Shown here piece after piece: positions 59,745 through 64,000 of a DNA stretch of 64,000 nt. A program made the position numbers and the translations under genes. This stretch comes from an uncultured delta proteobacterium (GTDB lineage: Bacteria > Desulfobacterota > Desulfarculia > JACQYL01 > CAWGVV01), in the NCBI GenBank assembly GCA_963826125.1, contig CAWGVV010000001.1, positions 1,232,635-1,296,634 of the forward strand, given 5' to 3'. Numbering within the stretch: position 1 is the stretch's first letter; each line of letters starts with the position of its first letter. The notes below the pieces were generated by a model. It was not told the origin of the DNA. It saw only the letters and a program-made list of their open reading frames with translations, and made no database searches.

Positions 59745-60995
59745 ATGGAAAAGGGATTCAATGCCTTTGCGGCGGCGCAAAGGCGCCTCGACGAAACGGC
59801 CGAACAACTGGGATTGGACAATGCAACACATGAACTCCTCCGGCGGCCCATGCTTGAAATCAGCTGCCTTCTCCCCGTCAGGATGGACGACGGCTCCACC
59901 AGGATTTTTCAGGCTTTCCGCGTGCAGTACAACACCGCGCGAGGGCCAGCCAAGGGCGGGCTGCGCTGGCATCCCGACGAAACCCTGGACACCGTGCGCG
60001 CGCTGGCGGCCTGGATGACCTGGAAAACTGCGGTGGTCGACATTCCCCTGGGAGGCGGCAAGGGAGGTGTGGTGTGCAACCCCAAGGAAATGTCCGAAAT
60101 GGAGAAAGAACGGCTGGCCAGGGCGTACGTCCGCGGCTTTGCCCGTTTTCTGGGAGTCACCCGGGACGTTCCCGCACCCGACGTGTACACGACGCCCCAG
60201 ATCATGGGCTGGATGATGGACGAATTCGAGACGATCCTGGGGGAGAAGCATCCGGGGGTCATCACCGGTAAGCCCCTGCCGCTGGGCGGCTCGGAAGGCC
60301 GGGGCGACGCAACCGCGCGCGGCGGAGTGTACGTGATGCTGGAAGCGGCCAGGGCATACAACATTCAGCTCGCCGGGGGAACCATGGCCGTGCAGGGATT
60401 CGGCAATGCCGGACAACATGCCGCCCTGCTGGGCGAGGAACTGGCGAAGCTCCGGCTGGTGGCGGCATCCGATTCTTCCGGCGGCGTGTATAATCCGGGG
60501 GGTATCGATCCGAAAGCGCTTATCGACCATAAACGTCGAACGGGAAAGGTCATCGATTTTCCGGAAGCGGACAACATCAGCAATGCGGAACTGCTTGAAC
60601 TGGAGGTAACCGTCCTGATCCCGGCCGCGCTGGAGAACGTCATCACCGCGAAGAACGCACCGAATCTGAAGTGCAAACTGATCTGCGAACTTGCCAACGG
60701 ACCCACGGCCCCCGATGCCGACGAGGTCGTTTTCGACAAAAGCATCGTGGTGCTCCCCGATTTTCTCGCCAATGCCGGGGGAGTAACCGTGTCGTACTTC
60801 GAACAGGTACAGAACAGCTATAATTACTACTGGCCCCGGGCCGAAGTGCATAGCAGACTTTCGGAAAAAATGAGCCGCGGCTTCCAGGGAGTCTACGATA
60901 TGGGCCAAAGGCAGAAGGTCCACCTGCGTCAGGCGGCCTATCTGGTATCCGTGGCCAGGGTGGCCGAAGCCTGCAAGCTGAGAGGCTGGGTCTAG
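59745..60995 (+). CDS. gdhA: Glutamate dehydrogenase (Glu/Leu/Phe/Val family)
   Basis: GPAKGGLRWHP, MTWK, GGGKGG, DVPAPDV, QGFGNAG, ANAGGVTVSYFE. Confidence 0.93.
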   Translation: MEKGFNAFAAAQRRLDETAEQLGLDNATHELLRRPMLEISCLLPVRMDDGSTRIFQAFRVQYNTARGPAKGGLRWHPDETLDTVRALAAWMTWKTAVVDIPLGGGKGGVVCNPKEMSEMEKERLARAYVRGFARFLGVTRDVPAPDVYTTPQIMGWMMDEFETILGEKHPGVITGKPLPLGGSEGRGDATARGGVYVMLEAARAYNIQLAGGTMAVQGFGNAGQHAALLGEELAKLRLVAASDSSGGVYNPGGIDPKALIDHKRRTGKVIDFPEADNISNAELLELEVTVLIPAALENVITAKNAPNLKCKLICELANGPTAPDADEVVFDKSIVVLPDFLANAGGVTVSYFEQVQNSYNYYWPRAEVHSRLSEKMSRGFQGVYDMGQRQKVHLRQAAYLVSVARVAEACKLRGWV

Positions 60996-61076
60996 CGAAG
61001 AGGGAAGCCGGCTCCGGGGGAAATGTGCCCGAAGCCGGGCATGAAAACGGACTTCAGCCGCATCACCGGATGGAGA

Positions 61077-63389
61077 ATGAATCGAATATCGGAACAGGAT
61101 ATCGTTCGTACCTACCGGATGTATCAACGAATGATGGATCATCCGCGTCTCATCGGGGAGATGCGCCAAATCTTCCTGGATGCCCTGCAGGGACGAGGGA
61201 TCGTCGACAAAGAAGCCGTTGAACGCGGTGCGCTGGAAATCGCACAGCGAACCGGCGATCCGGAAACCGGCGAATGGACGGCCGGGAACCTTGCCGACAT
61301 TCTGGTCGATCTGGCTTTTGCCTCGCATTTCAGCGACGAGGAGATCGACGAGCACCTCAATTATGCCCGCAAGCTGGATCTTTTCAGGACCCTGGTGCGC
61401 ATACTGACCATGGAAGACGCTTCCCATGAAACGATCAAGGAAGCCTTGCGGAACTTCTGCGAAGTGCCGCAGGGCAGCATCCTCATCGATCCCGCCGAAT
61501 CCGAAGGCACGCGCGTGGCCCTCATCGACAGGTTCGTCTCCAACCAGCTTCCGTTCATCGGCGTGGCCAAGCATTACATCACCCTGCGCGACGTCGACGA
61601 AATCCTCACCCGGACATACTGGAACCCACGCCGCCACGGGCTCATCGGGGGTAAGGCTGCGGGGATGAGCCTGGCCCGGCGCATCCTGCTGCCCAAACTC
61701 GAGGAACAGGACCCTGAACTGGCCCGCTACGTGGACATTCCCGACTCGTATTTTCTCAGCTCGGGAGTGCTGGCCGATTTCATGGACCACAACGGTTTGG
61801 AGCAATTCCACCTCCACAAGTACGCTCTTGCGGAAAAAATCGAGGAGCATTACCGCGCGGCGATGAAGTCCCTGGAGTCGGCCCGGTTTCCGGACGACCA
61901 GCGGGAGCAGTTCCGGCATCTCCTTTCCCTGGCGGGCGAACAGCCGCTGATCGTGCGATCCTCCTCCCTGCTCGAAGACAATTTCGGCCATGCCTTTTCC
62001 GGCAAGTACGACTCCGTGTTTCTCGCCAACCAGGGCGACGCGGAGTCCCGGCTGGCGGCTTTTGAAAAGGCGCTGAAGCAGGTGCTGGGCAGCGCGCTCG
62101 CCCCGGCCCCCATCCTCTACCGGCGGGACCACAACCTGCTGGACTTCGACGAGCAAATGGGAATCCTGGTCCAGAAGGTGGTGGGACGTCGTTTCGGCGA
62201 CTACTATTTCCCCGCGGCCGCGGGGGTGGCATTTTCGTACAATGCGTACAACTGGACCCCCAGGATCAGGCGCGAAGACGGATTGGTGCGAATGGTGTTC
62301 GGGCTGGGCACGCACGCCATCGACCGGGTGGCGCACGATTACCCCCGCATGGTGCCGCTCAGCTACCCGCTTCTGCGGCCGGAAATCGAACCGTCCCGGA
62401 TACGCCGCTATTCCCAGAAGCAGTTCGATGCGCTTAATCTGCGCGACGGAAGGGTTGAAACGATTCCCCTGCTCGATTTTCTGCGTTCGGTCGACTATCC
62501 GGAAGCATTCGCCATGGTTTCGCTCCAGGAGGGCGATGAGCTGAAAGCGCCTCTGTTCAGGCACACGGACATCGAACCGGAGAAGGCCGTCATAACGTTC
62601 GAGAATTTTCTGACCAAGAGCCCCTTCGTGTCGCTCATGAGGAAAATACTGGTCCGTTTGGCAGCCGCCTACGGCCGACCGGTGGACATGGAATTCGCCT
62701 GGGACGAGAGCAAGCTCTACATCCTTCAGTGCCGGCCGCTGCTGGTGACGGAGAACGCGGGGAAAATCATCGTGCCCGACGTGGCCGGGGAGGGCGTACT
62801 CTTCACCACTGACCACTTCGTGTCCAACGATGCGGTTCTGGACATCGAATACATCGTTTATGTCGATCCTAAGGCATATGCACGGTTGGACACCGCCGGG
62901 GAAAAGCTGGAGATCGGCAGGGTGGTCAACCGACTGAACAGGATATTGGGGACGAAACGGTACGGACTCTTTGGGCCGGGCAGATGGGGGAGCAACGACA
63001 TCAACCTGGGAGTACGGGTGGGGTATCAGGACATCAACAAAACGCTGGTGCTCGGCGAAGTGGCTTTCGAGGAGGAAGGGGGAGCGCCGGAAGTTTCGTA
63101 CGGCACCCATTTTTTCATCGATCTGGTGGAGGCCTCCATCATTTCCGTGGCTATCTTTCCCGATAAGCACGGCACCATTTTCAACGAAGATTTTTTTATG
63201 AATACGCTCAACACTCTTTCCGACCTTGCTCCCGACGTAGCCGCTTTTTCCCGGGTAGTGCACGTTATACACGTACCGTCGGTTGCGGACGGACGCTACG
63301 TCCAGATTTACCAGGACGCGTCTTCGCAACGGGGCGTCGGATTTCTGGCCGTGCCGGGCGAATATGCCGCAGACGGAAAGAAACGGTGA
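61077..63389 (+). CDS. PEP-synthase/PPDK nucleotide-binding-domain protein lacking the PEP/pyruvate domain
   Basis: IGGKAAG, VRSSSLLED..FSGKYDS, VDMEFA, ILQCRP; C-terminal GPGRWGS..SYGTHFF. Confidence 0.85.
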   Translation: MNRISEQDIVRTYRMYQRMMDHPRLIGEMRQIFLDALQGRGIVDKEAVERGALEIAQRTGDPETGEWTAGNLADILVDLAFASHFSDEEIDEHLNYARKLDLFRTLVRILTMEDASHETIKEALRNFCEVPQGSILIDPAESEGTRVALIDRFVSNQLPFIGVAKHYITLRDVDEILTRTYWNPRRHGLIGGKAAGMSLARRILLPKLEEQDPELARYVDIPDSYFLSSGVLADFMDHNGLEQFHLHKYALAEKIEEHYRAAMKSLESARFPDDQREQFRHLLSLAGEQPLIVRSSSLLEDNFGHAFSGKYDSVFLANQGDAESRLAAFEKALKQVLGSALAPAPILYRRDHNLLDFDEQMGILVQKVVGRRFGDYYFPAAAGVAFSYNAYNWTPRIRREDGLVRMVFGLGTHAIDRVAHDYPRMVPLSYPLLRPEIEPSRIRRYSQKQFDALNLRDGRVETIPLLDFLRSVDYPEAFAMVSLQEGDELKAPLFRHTDIEPEKAVITFENFLTKSPFVSLMRKILVRLAAAYGRPVDMEFAWDESKLYILQCRPLLVTENAGKIIVPDVAGEGVLFTTDHFVSNDAVLDIEYIVYVDPKAYARLDTAGEKLEIGRVVNRLNRILGTKRYGLFGPGRWGSNDINLGVRVGYQDINKTLVLGEVAFEEEGGAPEVSYGTHFFIDLVEASIISVAIFPDKHGTIFNEDFFMNTLNTLSDLAPDVAAFSRVVHVIHVPSVADGRYVQIYQDASSQRGVGFLAVPGEYAADGKKR

Positions 63390-63565
63390 TCTCCCGACAA
63401 TGTTCCCTCCGGGCGACGATGGAGTATGATCGGATCCGGTGAAGGAATGGACCTTCGCATTTTCGATACGTATCGTGTGCCCCGCAGCCCTTTGGGACGT
63501 GACAACGAAAGGTGTCTGCTGGTATAAACGGAAGGGAGAACATACTACGGAAAAAGGAGGAGTAC

Positions 63566-63733
63566 ATGGAGATCGATCATAAAAAGCCCAAGAAATTCGT
63601 TTGGGTTACGGATAATGCGGGCAACAAGTTCATCTGTCCTCTGGACGCACTCAAAGACCCCGACCAGGCCAGTGACGAAGAATTGCGGGAATGCGTGAAC
63701 GACGCCTTGGTGGGCGAGGACATCGGCGATTGA
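63566..63733 (+). CDS. Small hypothetical protein (55 aa)
   Basis: Strong AAGGAGG RBS; WVTDNAGNKFICPLDALKDP...C. Confidence 0.7.
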   Translation: MEIDHKKPKKFVWVTDNAGNKFICPLDALKDPDQASDEELRECVNDALVGEDIGD

Positions 63734-64000
63734 TTTTCCTCGATAGAGGGAAGAAACATACCATCGCTCCCCAAGAGGGAGCGTTTTCTTTACGACAACA
63801 AATTACCCACCATTTGTCGTCGGGTTTTCTCACCGGTTCAACAGCCGCGCGACCGGGCTCCCCTTTCAGCCGCTTTTCCCGGACAGAAGCATGATAAAAA
63901 TAAAAAGATCCCGCTTCCTGTTCTTTTTTTCTTTATGTGATGTGCGCTTTTTCCGATGTACAGATAAACCAATAAACCATTCTCCCAACTGTTTCCCGAA

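Noticed and set aside
59730-63329. 1199-aa minus-strand ORF
   Set aside because: Antisense shadow of gdh and the dikinase-like gene; no motifs; expected from GC-rich codon bias.

Overview
GC-rich, gene-dense bacterial chromosome segment. Gene content (HdrA/MvhD/MetV/MetF, sigma-54 activator, many PAS kinases, MocA-HD) suggests an anaerobic Desulfobacterota/deltaproteobacterium; this taxon is an inference. 1-22 kb is a catabolic island of two convergent arms. The + arm carries 2-oxoacid/acetoin dehydrogenase E2, a UroD/MtaA-fold protein, an FGGY kinase and a nitrilase. The - arm carries a PAS sigma-54 activator, a small ORF, a TorT-like binding protein with a sugar-type ABC transporter, LamB/PxpA, two urea-carboxylase-type CT subunits, a biotin carrier, biotin carboxylase, E3, an atypical transaldolase, Usp, a flavoprotein and a second FGGY kinase. 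A candidate sigma-54 promoter and three palindromic enhancer sites are visible. This island is the best candidate for an undescribed pathway. 22-41 kb holds small hypothetical proteins, signalling and transport genes and a secreted His/Tyr-repeat protein. 41.7-52.8 kb is metF'-hdrA-mvhD-metV-metF followed by a receiver, two ACT-only proteins and two kinases. 53-64 kb holds ligA, a REC-PAS protein without an output domain, an S10 peptidase, MliC, and gdh with a PEP-synthase-like dikinase lacking the PEP domain. No rRNA, tRNA, CRISPR array or transposase was seen; several REP-like palindromes are present. All calls come from motif recognition by eye, and start codons were adjusted by hand.
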